Of a stretch of 64,000 nucleotides of DNA, positions 10,531 to 25,929 are shown piece after piece. How positions within the stretch are numbered: position 1 is the stretch's first letter; each line of letters starts with the position of its first letter. The DNA comes from Epiperipatus broadwayi (lineage: Eukaryota > Animalia > Onychophora): the NCBI GenBank assembly GCA_028023455.1, contig JAQFVV010000003.1, forward strand, positions 7,812,001 to 7,876,000, read 5' to 3'. The notes under the pieces are model-generated. The model ran no database searches. It was not told where the DNA came from and saw only the letters and a list, made by a program, of their open reading frames with translations. A program made the translations under genes and the position numbers.

Positions 10531-13500
10531 CTTTATATACAGTTTCATAAATTAAGCTCTTTAATGAATCATATTCATTCACTATCTTCTTATCATGTAA
10601 GATCTTTATTGCAAATTCAATAAGTATTTTTTCAATTTTTTTTTTATTTTTAACATTCCTCTGCTCATTCTGCATTTAACAATATTGCTGTATCCTGGGA
10701 ATATTCTTTGCATCAATAGCATTAAAATAAAACAGACAATTTAAACTTAACAACCCAAATTTATTCACTTGCCGATATATAAATACAATAATTAGTAACA
10801 ACTAGAAGTTACTCCATAATCTATAAAGTCCATTACAATATGTGATTGTATGAATTAACTTATTCACTTGCACAGTAATTTAATATAGTTCATATAATTG
10901 TGTTATCATTAACTATAGTTTCTTATACACACACATATTGGATATTTTGCATATACAAGAATCCATAATGATCATTATTTAGCTACATTAAGCTAGCGAC
11001 TACAACTATGTTTAATATATCAGGGCATCACATGAGTAGACCGCTGCATGTTTTTATATCAATCCTTCCTACATAATCTAAACCCATTTGCATATTTAAT
11101 CTTTTATTATCATTCAAAGATATTCAGATTTTATATAAATTTTTCTAGAGTGAATATACTAATGAGGAATGACAATTATACATGTACTGTCTGTATGTCA
11201 ATCACAAAATTTTAATAAACTTTATTTACATTTTAAATATATACATGGACAAGTTCATCTTTTTTATTATTAGCATTTTTCAGTTGCAGTTTCTTCACAT
11301 TATCAATTCATTCTTTATCAATTTTCAATTCACTATCCTTCATAATTCTTTCCAAGATATTATTAAACCTGTTCAATTTGTTTTCATTCTTCATTTCCCA
11401 TCCATGTCTATATCTAACATTTAAGATACTCTTAAGTTTATCAAATAAAATTGTGATTACTATTACTTCCTTTTACTTTTTTATAAACAATTTCATTCTT
11501 TTTTATCTTCCTTAGTTTCTTTTTATCAATCAACAATAAAACATACTTTTATTTCTATCATGGCTATGTTGCTCAGATTTTCATTTAACTTTCTCCCACA
11601 CTCATTTCAATAATGTTCAAGTAACATTTTCTAGTCCAACAATTTCATCAATATGGTCATTTATATTATCTATTATTAATATTTGACAATTATTTTTTGT
11701 AAATTTCTCTATATATCTACGCAAACATTCCAAATATTCTTCATTTTTTTAACATTTTCCCCATTTCCAGTAGCTATATATATACTTTATCTTATTCACA
11801 TATATTTCATATAGACTTTTTTTTTTTAAATAGCCTGCTTACTAATATGATGTTTCTCTGCCTTTCGAACATTTAATATTGTTGGTTAACACATCTAATT
11901 TTTCTTTTATAAAAATTTCCAACTCTCTCTACTTATTCATATCTTTCTCATTTTGCACATTATAAACTTAATTTTTAAATGTGCACATTTGACCTTCATT
12001 TCAATATTTCTTTTTTATAATTATTTTCATTCATGATCTGTAAAAAAATCTTTTTTTTTTGTTTTTATATCTCTTTCCTCATCTACATTTTTTATTTTTT
12101 TATCTTCTCGAAGTAAAATCATATCCTTTCTAGTTCTATTCCTAATATTGCAACCTTGTTTTTGGTTTAATGGATAGAAATTATATTTTAAATTAACTTC
12201 TTAGTACTATTTTGTTCTTTTCCCATTATATGTAATTCATTTCTTTTAAATAAATTCCTATGTCTGGTAAATATATTTATCAAGTTTAAACACTTTACAC
12301 ACATACATTTTTACCTCAAATTTAATTTCACAAACCTTGTTTAAAGTATACTATTCTGCAATAACCCCACCACCATTACCTGCCTATACTCATCTCTTCA
12401 AACCATCGTAATATTTCTTTAGTATTCCATTGTACAACATTATTTGTTGCCAACTACACAACAATATTATTATAGTATTTTATTTGTTTTCTTTAAAAAA
12501 ATCCTAAACATATATACAACCACAGCACTTGTAAACATATCCTTGCATTTTTCTATCTACCTTTTTATTTTTGCTATTAAAGTTATTCACCCTCTAATAA
12601 TTGAATTAACCTAATATTGTATTCTTATTTCCTCTTTCTTCTTATCTTGTCTTTTCTAGTGAGCAACCCCCTCTTCCAAATTAATCATTTCCAGAATTAT
12701 TTTTTCCCACCATCATTTATATCAACATTTGATGGAAATATAAAAGACTGAAGTTATCACATATGTAATGTCACTACTTAAAAATAATTCCTCAAACATA
12801 TTAAACAAAGAAACTTCAATTTCATAATCTAAAGATAAAGAATTTGCTGAAAATGATTATTTCCACAAGTTAATGAAAATTCCAAGTGTCCAGTGAAATC
12901 ATATATGTGCCCCCATGCATACTTATTGAAAAAAACTTTGTATGAACGGTAGACTTACAGTTTTCAAAAGTGCATTGAAGTTAATATATAAAAAAATATA
13001 TTATCGTACTTCAAAAAATTATATTTTAACAAATCTTGTTTTTGTTGAGATATAAAGTCAGTCGTAGAGTAACTTGATGTTGATTAATTCTTATCTGAAA
13101 CAAAGAAAAAGTATAAAAATAAGAAGATAGATGGGATATTTGAGATGGATCAACTGAGATATTGTACACTTGAAAGTTGTGGCAATAGTAGCCTTATCAA
13201 TGTAGAATTTCCCAAAATGAATACACTAGTCACAATTAGCCATCCTGTAAGGAAATATCTCAAACCTGAAAACTAAAAAGCAGCACTATAGTTGATGAAT
13301 GATTCTGTCAGTGCTTGGGATCACAACAGAATAAGTGAGGTCAGTGTGATCATTATGCAAAATCAGGAATAAAATATTGCATTATATATCTTTGGAAATC
13401 ATTCATCACAAATTTTTTTCCAAATTCACATTATTACAAAAAGTAGTCTCTATCTTTAGATATATACCTATTCTTTTAGATCATAGACGTTATTTTGTTT

Positions 13501-15570
13501 CCTACCTCTCTTTTTCTTAACATCCAAATATTCTTTTAGTATATACTTGGTATAACCGAAGACCCCTTTAAAGACCCCAATAAATGAGCTACTATGAGAA
13601 AAACTTGCTTTGCCTCAGGAATTGTTAATTAGTAGTAATTGATAATTTCTTAATATACATCAAAAGTTAAAATGTTTCTCTATTTAATTGATTTAAAGTC
13701 CATATAAACATTTAATTATATATATAATGACAATTCATAATGAATGTACATATAGTTAAAAAAAATAAAAATATTTTAAAGGCAAAATTATGAAATAAAA
13801 TAGATTTGTTATTTCTTTAAATAATATACTTAAACAGTTTTAATTTGAAAGGAAAAAAAAAACAGTTTCGTTTGAAAATATTTTTAAAATGTATTTTTTG
13901 GAAACCCTTTTAGTTTAATTAATTAGAAAGGGAAGAATGTGTAAACAGCTTTGTATGTGGATATAAAATAAATTATAAATAAATTAACTAATAAACAAAT
14001 TTGAGCAACATAAAAACAACCATGTAAAAATATTTATAGAAAAGCAAATGTGTTTATAAAAAGAAACATATAGAGATGCAGAATCAATATAATTTTTATT
14101 TATTCAAAAAGATATAATGAATGATGTAAAAATAACATCAGATTGGCTATTAAAAAGATATTGCTCTACATTTTGAAAGGATCATTATATTAATATCATG
14201 TTCAAGTAAATGATTGGAAAATATTTTAGATTAATTGATTGTGAATTTTTGGAGAGATAATTATCCTCTATCTTCATATATTTTTCAAGAATTAATCAAC
14301 CTACATCAAGAGTGAGTTTTAGAAACTCTCTTAGTCACATCCCTTAGTTGCTCTAGAAAAATCATTAAATGCATGCCAGTATATAACTTTGGAAAATATA
14401 GAGATTGAAAGCTAAGAAAAAAAAAACTATAAAATTGAATTCAATTTGTTAAAAAGACCTTTGAATTTAGAGGTAAATTTACCTTAGTAACATTTACAAT
14501 GCTAAGTTCACTTAAATCTGCCAATTTAGATATTTAAATGAATACTTTCTCTTAATTGTGTTAGGATTTCAGTGTTTTCTTGTTGTAAATCTATACATGT
14601 TAAATATGTTTATGAAATTAACATATATATACATGTAGGCTAAATCCATAATTCATTTTAAAAGAAAGTTACTTTATTAGTTATTGCTTTAATTTTTTTT
14701 TTAGCTTTATATATACATATATGTAGTTGAAAGCATTTAGCCAATGTAGTATTCAAAAGTATCATTTTAAAAATATTTTTAAACAATTTTGCTTCTTATT
14801 CTTGAATAAAATATTGTTGTTTAAATACAGAAATCAAAATTTTGAGAACTATTAAGCATATCTGTAGTAAATATGTTTTTGTTTGTTAATAAATTAAGTC
14901 TAATATTTTTGTGTATGAATCATTGTTTCATCAAACTTGTTCTGTCATACAAATGTATTTGGAATGAAATAAGTTATATTAAAGAAGTTTGATATTTTCC
15001 CTTAGTTTACTGAAAGAGCAAATAGATCTAGACTGTCAAAGATATATAGTGCAAAGCAAGCACATATAAAAATATAAATATTTGCAATTTAATCATAATC
15101 TATCTAGATAGCTAATACATAATCCTTTTTGATGTTATTTAGATTATTGAAATCAATATTCATTATGTTAGTACTTTGAATAATCATTCATCATCATTCA
15201 GTGGTCACCAATCTTTTCAGTTAACACTGGGTTATATTCAGGTATATTTATAATAGTACACCAAACTATGGCTAGTAATGCAATCATCATCTGATCATCA
15301 TGATTAAAGGATCTGTATGTTTTGACATTTGACATATCAATATATGTCAGGTATATTCAGACTTTAGTCATTGTAAATCTATTCCAGTCTGCTAGTGTCC
15401 AACTAAAATGAATCAGGTAGTGAGTAATGTCTCTTTTGCTGTCCCTCTATACTGGAAACATCTTTGTTCTGCTGTGGGTTATTTTGGTTATCTATAATAA
15501 TGGGATAAACATTATTAAAATCCAAATACTTTTAGCTTATTATTTAATTCATTTTTTTATCATTTTTCAG

Positions 15571-15820
15571 ATATAATTGTGGTGATCCGAATTGTTACAA
15601 AGATTTAGCTGAATTACGTGGTTTGAAGTATATCACATGGTCTAACAAAAATAAAGTGCAAAGTCTTTATTCTGGATCTGAAAAAGAACACTTAAAATTC
15701 CACAATTACACTTTTGATAAAGCTGAGTTTCTCAAATTAGTCAGAAAGGCAGCAGGTTTAATTATGAAAGATTCTAGATTTCATAAAAGTACAAGAAATA
15801 ATGGAAAAGATGAATTATAA
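15571..15820 (+). CDS. EOGT: EGF-domain O-GlcNAc transferase, last coding exon
   Basis: Acceptor catttttcag. Translation (V)YNCGDPNCYKDLAELRGLKYITW...KFHNYTFDKAEFLKLV...GKDEL*, matching EOGT [23 protein letters not shown] and its ER-retention signal. AATAAA at 15910. Confidence 0.95.
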
Positions 15821-17549
15821 ATGATTGTACTCATTTAGTTTATTTATTGTGCCATAATATTAATTTATTATCAGAATGTATTGTATATATTTTTTATTTT
15901 TTGGAATTTAATAAAAGTTTATTTTATAAATGCTGTAGCGATCATTTTTAAAAAATTAAGACTGGTTATATAACCATTAATATAAGTCTCATTTTCACCA
16001 ATGGGTATGATTTATGATATTAATATCTAATTTATATGTAAGATTAAAATTAAGAAGTTTTTATATTACTGATTTGACTATTTCTCTCCCTTTTTTTGAT
16101 CTATAGGTTGAAAGATAGCATAATTTTTTAACTTTCTCTCTATCACCAAATCATTCATAGATTTATAAAATATATTTTCTCATAACTCCATCCAGATATT
16201 CTATCCCATGTCTTCTTCATACTGATCTATCCACTAGCAACAATGTGCACTCATTCAGAATGTCTTATCAATTGACCAGTCATGATTCATCTTTGATTAT
16301 AGCATGGAATATTTTTATAACATAAAGTAAACTCAAATATATTAGTAAATACTACATATAAAGACATAAAAAAAATTACAGTATGTTACTTTTTATATGT
16401 TTAATTGATATTTTTTGTACGTTTAATTGATAAGACAATAATATTAAATTTTTAATGAATTTAATCTCAAATTATGATCAACATGTGATCTGTGCAACTA
16501 TGATGAAGAAATGTTTCATTTATTTTTAAAATATAAAATAGCTTTAAAATACATTTAGTATTGTTTTATAATAAACATATCAAGCAGTCACATATTCACC
16601 AATAATAGTGTATTATGTTCTAGAGCATATATGTAGGTAGGATATCAGTATACACTAAATGGCAAGTCAAATAGATTTCTAGATCAGTTACAATGACTGG
16701 CTTCATTAGTGAAAAACATCAAATTCCATACATCTATCCAAAAGCTATCTTTTATTATTCTACTCTAGCTAATGATTTGAAAGTTTTAAATACCATTAAG
16801 ATTTTGAATCCAAACTAAGCTGCTCATCCATTTATATACATATGACAACAGATTAGAGATTATTTATTAAATTCAAAATCTTAAAATAATTGAAACTCAC
16901 TTCATTAATTTGTCTAGCAAAATGGCTGGCTGCTAGATGAATGTGTGCATTCCAATGCTATGCACAGTAGAATATCAGTAAGTGTAAACTTATCTTCATA
17001 TATGGTTGGAACTACCATTTGGTGCAATGTTTTCATATCAATTTCCTTGGTTACAGCAGCAATTCCTTGCTTCTGAACATATTAGCTGACATTGGCAAAG
17101 AAAGAAACCAGTGTACTTATTGTTCTTTCTCTTACAGATTTTTGATAATGGGGGGGGGGGGGGTTAACGAGTTAATCAAGATTAATAGAAAAGTAGTATA
17201 AAAATTAGAATCAACATCATTGTATAAAATTGATTTTTCACATCATCCCTTTTATTATATAAATTAATAACAATTGAATTACTGTATATATATTTTCATT
17301 TATTTTAAGATGAATTACTTGTAACATGGTAATGTATCATGCCACAAATACCTAAAACTTCTGAGAAATTTTAGAATAAGGCCAATAATTCTAGATCTCA
17401 CAATTTAATTACAATTTTGAATCAAAGTTACAAAAATAATTTATGTATAGCTATATATGTGTGCATATGTATAAAAAGTAAGTAAAACAGCCCACTGCAG
17501 GACAAATGACTACTAGTTTCCTGTACAGAAACAGTAAAGTTATAGGTCA

Positions 17550-20500
17550 TGATGGTTTGTATGATCTGTGTCCCATGGGTAACACTTATCAAAATTGCAT
17601 CGATATATTTATTAAATAAATAGGACACAAATTAAAACTCAACAAGACAAATTTATTTACTTGTAAGAAAAATAATTAGAAGAATAAATAATAAATAGAA
17701 TTCGTTTTGCTCTCTTCAAAATGATTGCAATAAATTATCACATAAAAGTAGATTATTCACTCACAACAATGAAATAAATATATGAAGAATCCATATATCT
17801 GCCTTACCATTTTGCTTCAGATTCTTACAAATATTATAACTTACACACATGATTTCTTTATTATCTTTAATTAATCAGTCTTTATTACTTCTGCCAATCA
17901 ATATAAACAATTAACCCCACAGACACTTGAGTCTTGCAGGCTATTTTATATATCGGTCCTATCTGCATAATATGGACTTATTTATATGTATTATCTTTAT
18001 TTATTATTCAACAATATTCATATGTATGCTAAATTTTCTAGTTTGGTAATAATAGTAAAAAGTGACCACTATAATGTACTATCTATTCAGAGTAAAAAAA
18101 TGCAATAAACTTTATTTACATTATAATATATACCTGCGTAGACAGTCCACTCCTCATCCTATTCTAGAAGTAAGATACAGATTTAACTGCAAATATAATC
18201 ATTCAGTCTTTCAGGTTTTTTTTACAATTCCTCATATCTAAGTGAAGGCACAGATCTTTCATTATAATGATCTGTTGCCTTTTCTTGATCTAGCTGCTTT
18301 ATTGTTGCAAAATCTTATACTGGCTATACAACAATGTCATTGGATTGTAAACATAACATCTGCATGATCAACTTGACAAGTAATGGGTATTTCATTATTT
18401 TGCATGATTGAGGTGTTATCAGCACATTCCTCTTTATTAGAGTTCTGCCTTTTATTGGTTAATGAAAATTAGCTGTTATAGCATCTAATGTTTTATTCTG
18501 ATGAGATCATAGATGATTGGTATGTCTCTTCAGAAGTTTTTCATTACCAATTTAATTACACTAATTAATTTAGCTAATACTTCTATAATGGAAGCCATTT
18601 TCTTTTTAAAATATCTCTAACCCAAACTAATTTGCCGATTTTTAAATTTCTTGCATTCTAAATTATTATTAGCAATTTTTAATCTGATAACAAATTTGAC
18701 AAGTGCATGTGACATTTTCAAAATTCAGCCAATGTTGTCATTGTTAATATATGTGGTGTGAAATGTTGATAAAACAACATGTCTACTAATTTTTCATTTA
18801 TATTCTTGTTTTACTCTGCATCACTTTCAGCTGTAGCACTATCTTTTCAATCAAACCATTCAATACAGGATGTAATGGTAGTGAAAAAATATTGTATGTT
18901 GCTTTATCAGATAAAAACTCAACTCCTGAGCCATTGTTTGTGGAAAAAATTTTAGGGTTTGAATAGAACACTCTATACTTGTATTTTTAATGAGCATATA
19001 CTCCACCCATTTGAAATAAGAATCACAATTAGAAATATGTGGTCATTCATTGGACCTGTGTGACCAATGTGTAATCTATTCTGTGGTGTTTTTGCTTTTG
19101 ACCAAAGTTCAAATCTGTGGGAAATCAATGGTGGATTGACATTAAAAACCATTATTCATTATCAGGACTTTGAAATTCCACTTTCTGACATTATTAAAGC
19201 ACAGATCCAGATTCCTTCCTACAATTTGAAAAACTTTTGTAAATTGTTATTTTTCCTTCTCTCAATATAAATTCCAAGAGATCTGAACCAGTTTTTCCAA
19301 GTAGAGGTCTTATACTTCTCTTGACTTTGTACAACAGTAGAAATTTAACCTTGGTATTGACTTTCATTGGTACAGTTACTTTTTTGCATATGCCAATTTA
19401 ATTCTAATTTTTTTTTTTTTTTAATTTATTTAATTCTAATACATGTGTACTTTGAAGCATCAACTTGTTTTTTTTTTTTGTTGTTATTAATTTTATTCCA
19501 ATCTTTTTGTGATAACAATGAAAAGCTGACACCAAAAAAGAATGGAGAAATATGGAAGTTGTTTATAATTTTATTTTCACAGATGCTCATTATCTGTGTC
19601 ATTAATATTTTTGACATTACCTTTTCTTTCAACTTTTCTTTGCCTTTGCAAATTTAAAGTCTGAATTTAATTCCATTTGTAAACTCTTGGTTTTTGTAAA
19701 CTCTTGGTTTTATTTCTATGGACACAAACTAAATGTCTTTTTAATTTACACACATTACATTTCTATCTTTTAAATTTGAAATACCTCTTTATATGATAAT
19801 TTTTCCTACAGTAGTAGTAGGGTTTAGTAAGTTCCTATGGTTCAGACTATAGTGATTTATTAACAGGTAGTATAGAGTTATTATGCACATATGTTGTAGC
19901 TTGAAATTTCATAAGATTTTCCAATATTCTAGTGCAATACACTTTCCCTTTGCAGATTTGTACATAAGGTAAGTTTTTCATAAAGTTATGATCCATCATT
20001 CCAAATAAAAGTTGATCCATTAATATGCCATCTAAATCAGAGATAAAGTGGCATTCCTTCATTAGTGTTCTTAAGTCTAAACCATAATCCAGATAATGCT
20101 CATGAGGTGACTGCTTTTTTATTATCTAAATCTGAGATGTGCCACCCATTTAGAAGTTGGCTGCTGAAAATAAGTATTCAAGTTTTCAGCTCTTCATGTG
20201 AAACATCATCTGGAATTTTGGGAGCACATAATTGGCTTGCCACCTGTGAACATCTTTTTCAGAAAACAAAAATGTAGCTACTTTAACTTTGTTGTCTTCA
20301 ATTTTATTTATAAAATATAGTGGTCCATATATAATTTCCATGCCAAAGCACTATTAACGTTAGACTTGTGGATACTATTATTCAAAGTTGCCATTATAAT
20401 TGTTTGGCCACATGTCTGCACAATCTGTGCCATTCCTGCTGAGATCCTACACAGGCTTTAACAACTGTTAATTTAATAATCATCATAATCAATAAAGCAA

Positions 20501-21345
20501 GTCATATATAGTGTGACATTGCTTTTGTAAGCTTGTATTTACAAAAATGTAATGCAGAGAGTGTACCAATAGCTCAAACAAACTCTTAATTGATAAATGT
20601 GGTAAGAGAAAATATTTAAAAACTCTATCCAAAGCATTCTTATTCCCAGACTAATTGGTTTTGAGCTTATGGCTCACTTCAGTGAGGAGCTAGAATATTC
20701 AAACACTAGATCTAAAATATCAACTCAAAACCCAGCACTTATTTCATATGTAATATTTAAGTAGAAACTCTGAACTTTTCAGACATATAGCTATTTAAGT
20801 TAGATAGTTGGAGTAAAAGACATTTTCATGTCTGAAAACTTTGGAGTTTCTACTTAAATATTACATATGAAATAAGTGCTGGGTTTTGAGTTGATATTTT
20901 AGATCTAGTGTCTAAATATTCTAGCACCTCACTGAAGTGAGCCATAAACTCGAAATAAGAATGTTTTGAATAGAGATTGTAAATATTTTCTTTACCGCAC
21001 TTATCAATTAAGAGCTTGTTTGAGCTATTGGTACTTTCTCTGTATTACAACTGGTAATTTGCATCAATCTGCTGTGTCCTGGGGGGTATTTCTTTAACAC
21101 CTGCTGGGATCGCATCAATACTTTTATTAAATAAATAACACAAATTAAAATTTAACAAGACAAGTGTATTTACTTGCAAGAAAGGTAATTAAAGGAATAA
21201 GTATAATTCTCTTTTAACTCTTCAAAGTGATTACAATAAACTGTCATATGAAAATAGATTATTCACACACAACCGATGAAATAAATGTGTAAAAAGTCTC
21301 CATATATCTATGTTATCATTTTGCTTTGGTTTCTTGCACACACAT
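17550..21345 (-). mobile_element. Old Ty3/Gypsy relic (gag, protease, integrase; no RT seen) with probable LTR remnants at ~17550-17850 and ~21060-21345
   Basis: Minus strand: gag (KVATFLF...LCAPKIPDDVSHEELK...LDGILMDQLLFGMMD, ~20000-20290), protease-like SGSVL*IMSE (~19180-19220), integrase LHIGHTG (19049-19075) and PKIFSTNNG (~18925-18955). The two flanking segments are diverged direct repeats. Confidence 0.65.
20548..21049. mobile_element. Hammerhead fold-back element, copy 3 (second subfamily)
   Basis: Arms 20548-~20785 and ~20828-21049 are near-perfect inverted repeats. Left arm reverse complement: tcctca ctgaagt gagc cataa gctc aaaa ccaattagtc tgggaa. Right arm: acctca ctgaagt gagc cataa actc gaaa, with stem III/I deleted. 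Confidence 0.85.
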
Positions 21346-21699
21346 TTTTTTTAGAGAAAAAAATGTAAGCCTGATTGAAAAAAATTTCAAGTTTTGAATA
21401 ACTGAGATTCAAACTTGGGTCATGGTCATAAAAGTAAAGTACATTATGTCATAAGGTTTTTAATATATATATATATGTGTATATATATTTATAGAGAGAG
21501 AGAACTAATTTTAATTTGCAAGATTACCTGGAGAGGTTCCTCTTCCAGGATGAAACACTGTATAGAGATAAAATGATTATTGGTTTTTATATGCATTGAT
21601 ATGAGTAACTATTCATTTACATGCTTCAGTCTTAATATTGGAAGTACATTTGCTATAATAATAAAAGAACAAGTGGAACTATTACTCGATGAAAAATGT

Positions 21700-22300
21700 A
21701 TAATGATATCTAATAACAATTTTAAATTCTTTTAAAAATTATGTCATCTTTTTTTACTAATTAGTCTTGCAAGAATTGCTTTTGTTGGTCCATATTATTA
21801 ATAATAAATAAATGTTGAGAATTGTGATATTTGAGCACCATATACATGTAAGATTGATCTTTAATACCTGGACCTTCAGCTCTAAATTGATTTTTAACCA
21901 CTGGCTAAATTGCACTAGATATAGTGTAATTTAGTAGTATTCAAAATCAGATAAAGCTTCTTCAGCATTATTTGATGCTATTCACTCATGTAGTTGTCAT
22001 CTTATTTACTAAGATCCTTTTATGAGGAGTCTGTGTTCTAATGAACTAATATCTTTTTTTTTATTTCTTCTCTTGATTATAATTAAATGCTTATAAATAT
22101 TTTGGGAAAGCCTAGCACTCTGTTTTGTATATCTTTTATAAATTATAGATTGCTCTAGTAGATGTTTATCATAACTGTAATTTTCTGAAATTGGCAAATG
22201 AAGATGTATAATAATATGAATTTCTATGTTTATATGTCTTAGAGCCTTCATATCTGTGCAATTTGCCATTGTAATTTTATCATGGTATGAGTTTCTAAAT
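21700..22300 (-). mobile_element. Possible degraded Penelope-like relic (RT thumb / GIY-YIG)
   Basis: ORF 22009-22269 and downstream YYGPTKAILARL (~21770-21805) loosely resemble the YIG.T.R.L..R motif. Weak. Confidence 0.3.
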
Positions 22301-25300
22301 GCTGAAAATTGAACTGAAAAAATACTGTTACAATGATGTTATTGTAGTAATTTTTTTATATTTGTTGTTCTAATTCTATAACTATATCTAGATATATTTT
22401 GTAATATGCCTAGGTATTTTTTTAAAAAAAATTACCTCTCTTTATTACTGTCTTTTCTACTTCTAAAGCTTTACTTCTTATTAGAGACAAAATTTGTTTT
22501 ATGCAGTTTATTTAATCATACAATTCATTAATCACGTCTGCTTTATAAACAAAGATTAACAAGCAGTTCATTGTTTAAATATATTTACATAAATATACTT
22601 CACAAATATTGTTATTCTCTAAAATTTACTTTAAAACTGTTTCGTTCTACATATTTCTTAATTATATGCCATAAAGTATAGTCCAATTATGTTGGAAAAC
22701 TGTTTAGTTTCCATAATACTAAATTACTTTATTGCTCACTGCATATATAATGTTGATCTCATCTACCCATTTTTTACATGATTGACAAAAATATTAATTT
22801 GAATTTTGATTTAGATGTGGTGATTTTCTCAAATTGGTTATTGAAATATAGTATTGTACCTTAACCCAATTTCATTAGATTATTTTCTTTTATTATTATT
22901 ATCAAATATCAAGTCAACATTGATTCTGAAAATCATATGAATAACATATTCCAGAAAGTTATATCACTAGTTTTTTCCAAGGTGTTCAAAAGCTTGCTTA
23001 TAAAATAATCTACTGGTACAAATTCTGATATATTATGTAAATAAATAATGCAATATGTCTTTATATAACAACAATAATTGTGTATATATATAATAATAAT
23101 ATATAAAAACTTTTTAGCAAATGTTGATTTTTTCCCTTTTCAATGTGTTGAAACTATTTTACTATTTCAATCTATATTACATATATAGTGACATCTATCT
23201 CTTATATAAAGTTAATTAGAACTTATTATGATTCACAGTAAAATGTGTATATGGTTGATTCTAAATATGATATTATGGAAATATATATTGTCATTTATTT
23301 AAAACATTAAAATTTTATGATTTATTTGCTAAATTCAAATGCAGATTCAATAATTATATTTATTTAAACATTCTGGCTGAGGTATTGACAAAAGATATAA
23401 TTATCTAATAGGTTTAAATTTTATAACCAATAGTTTCTAAATCATTTGTAATTGGCAGTTATATAATCCTACTCTGCGAATAACTATAGAATACTTGATA
23501 TACTATTTCTTTTACATATTTTTCAAAACCATTTGACAAAAATGTTTCTTTAAAAAAATACAAATTTAAAACTGCAGGAATTTGGTACAGTTTGCATTAT
23601 TTAACATTCTCTAAAAATTATTTATTAATAAAATTATATTTAAAGTATATTTTGATGCAGTTAGAACTATCATTAAATGTATAAGATAATTATAAAAAAA
23701 CAGTATTTTTTAGAAATATCGATTATTTACACCAGTTTACAATTTACTAAAACCTTCAATCTGAAATTACTTTTGAAACACAATATACCACTTTTTTATG
23801 ATTTCTAATCAATGATTAATATTTAGATTTCTTTGCTTATTTATGATTGTTTTGAGTCTTAAATTATTTTCATTCTAAATTAAATAATCTACATTATTTG
23901 TTTTGGTTTTATTTCATATTAAATTCCTATCAATTGAATTCTATATACATTTTCCTAAGCCATCTGTCCTTACAATTTAAATCCTATCAATTTACAAAAA
24001 ATGATTTTTCAATATGAATGAAGCAATTATTTATTGCACTCTATATCAATAGTACTTCTCTATTCTATTGCATCTTTCCCCCCTCCTTTATAAAATTTTT
24101 GCATTTTAAATAAATACCTGCTTAATCAATTACAACATTGTTGAATCTATCAATATTAAGTGATTACATGAGAAATTAAACTACAGATAATCTCAACATA
24201 AGACTGAAATCCATAAATTATTTTTGCGCAATATATTTGTAATAAATTATGACACAGATTTATAAATAATAAAAAATTTCTAAATTAAATGCTTTTATTG
24301 ACTGCACCAAAAAGAGATAAAATAATTGTTTCTTTAACCACAATTGAAGTTTTTAGATTTAATTAGCTTGGAGTGTCCAGAAATCCCATATAATAAATCT
24401 GTATCTAACATTTCTACTTAAAATTGTTTGATAGATATATTTTAAAACAATTGTTTTAAAAAAAAATCCTAAAGAAAAAAATGTGATTTTTTTAAAACTT
24501 TTCGTGATGGTTTTAAATAATGCGAGTTTTCTAATTATTTTTTTAAAAGAAAAAAACAATTGCTTTAAAATGGAAAAAAATCTATCAAACAATTTTCAAT
24601 AGAAAACTCAGTTACTGATTTATTATACATATATAATTAAATACACATACTAAATATGATACATACATTAATACTTTAAAATGGTTAAAAATATTAAACT
24701 GAAAGAAAAAAATCATTATTTAAAACAAATTAAAGTTTTAAGAATAATTGTTAACTGTTACACATGAAATTATTGAATACTTTTTATATTTTCACCAACC
24801 TCTCTTCTATATCTATCAAACTAATTGACACACTGAAAAGATAAATGTTTCAAATTGATTAGCATTATATAACTTAGTTATATATCAATTTTCAAGCAAT
24901 TTTATTGAATTTAAATATATTAAACCTTGATTTTAAAATTTCATTCTAACTTGAAAAAGATCACAAGTTAACAAACAAACCGATTTTCCAAAATCAATAA
25001 AAGCATTTAAAAAGCTTTAAATGTTATTTATTATGATATAATAAATATTGATATTATAAAAACTATTACTTTTATAGTTATAGCATTTATGAATTTCAAA
25101 AAAATAGCCTTTATCTGTCAAACCACATTTTTTTGTTTTATTAATGAAAGAACTTTATTCATAAACAACAATGTTTTGACCAAATCTCATGAGCTATATT
25201 CAGAATTAACTACAAAAAAAAAAATACAAAAAAAATGACACAATGATTTGTTTTTATAATAGATTATAAATATATACAAAATCAGCAACACATTCTAAAT

Positions 25301-25929
25301 ATGTCATACAATTCAAAATTGAATAATTCAATTTCATGGTATAAAAAAGAAAAAGACCTTTATTAGTAGAAAATGTACTTCTTTGCTACCATTTAAATGT
25401 AAAAAAATCTCATTTTAGCAGAAAAATAATTTTAAGCATCTTAATGATATTGTTCAAATTTGAATAATATATATAATTGAAAATTTATCACTCGACATTA
25501 TTCTCTTTCAATTACATATTTAAAGTTATTAGAAAAGGTTAATGATTCCGAAGATGCATTTCTGCTTTACTATCTTTGTCAGATAGAGAAAACTTATTAT
25601 TTGGTACAAGAACAAGTTTTAGATAGAGGGAAAGCAAAATGGAATAAGAATTTGAATAGCAGATGTAATTTATGAAAAGAAATAGATTTATGATTTTCTG
25701 TCTAAGTATTTATAATACAAACAAAATATAAGGATAGAATAACAAAATTAACGAAGTAGCTGTTATTAAAATAATACAGGAGAAAAAAATAAATTAGGAC
25801 TAAAAAATTATTATTGTAAGAAATTTCAGAGGGATGAAATGTTTAACTTCTCTAATAGAATTTTGGAATTATTTATTCTATACATAAAAATTTCTGACTT
25901 TGTCTATGAAGTCATGTATCATATAAGTC

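Noticed and set aside
16912-17085. About 55 open codons on the minus strand (KQGIAAVTKEIDMKTLHQMVVPTIYEDKF...)
   Set aside because: No recognisable family and no convincing donor site; the length is within the range expected by chance.
21395-21450. B-box-like motif on the minus strand suggesting a tRNA or SINE
   Set aside because: No A box or cloverleaf could be built; at most a decayed SINE head.
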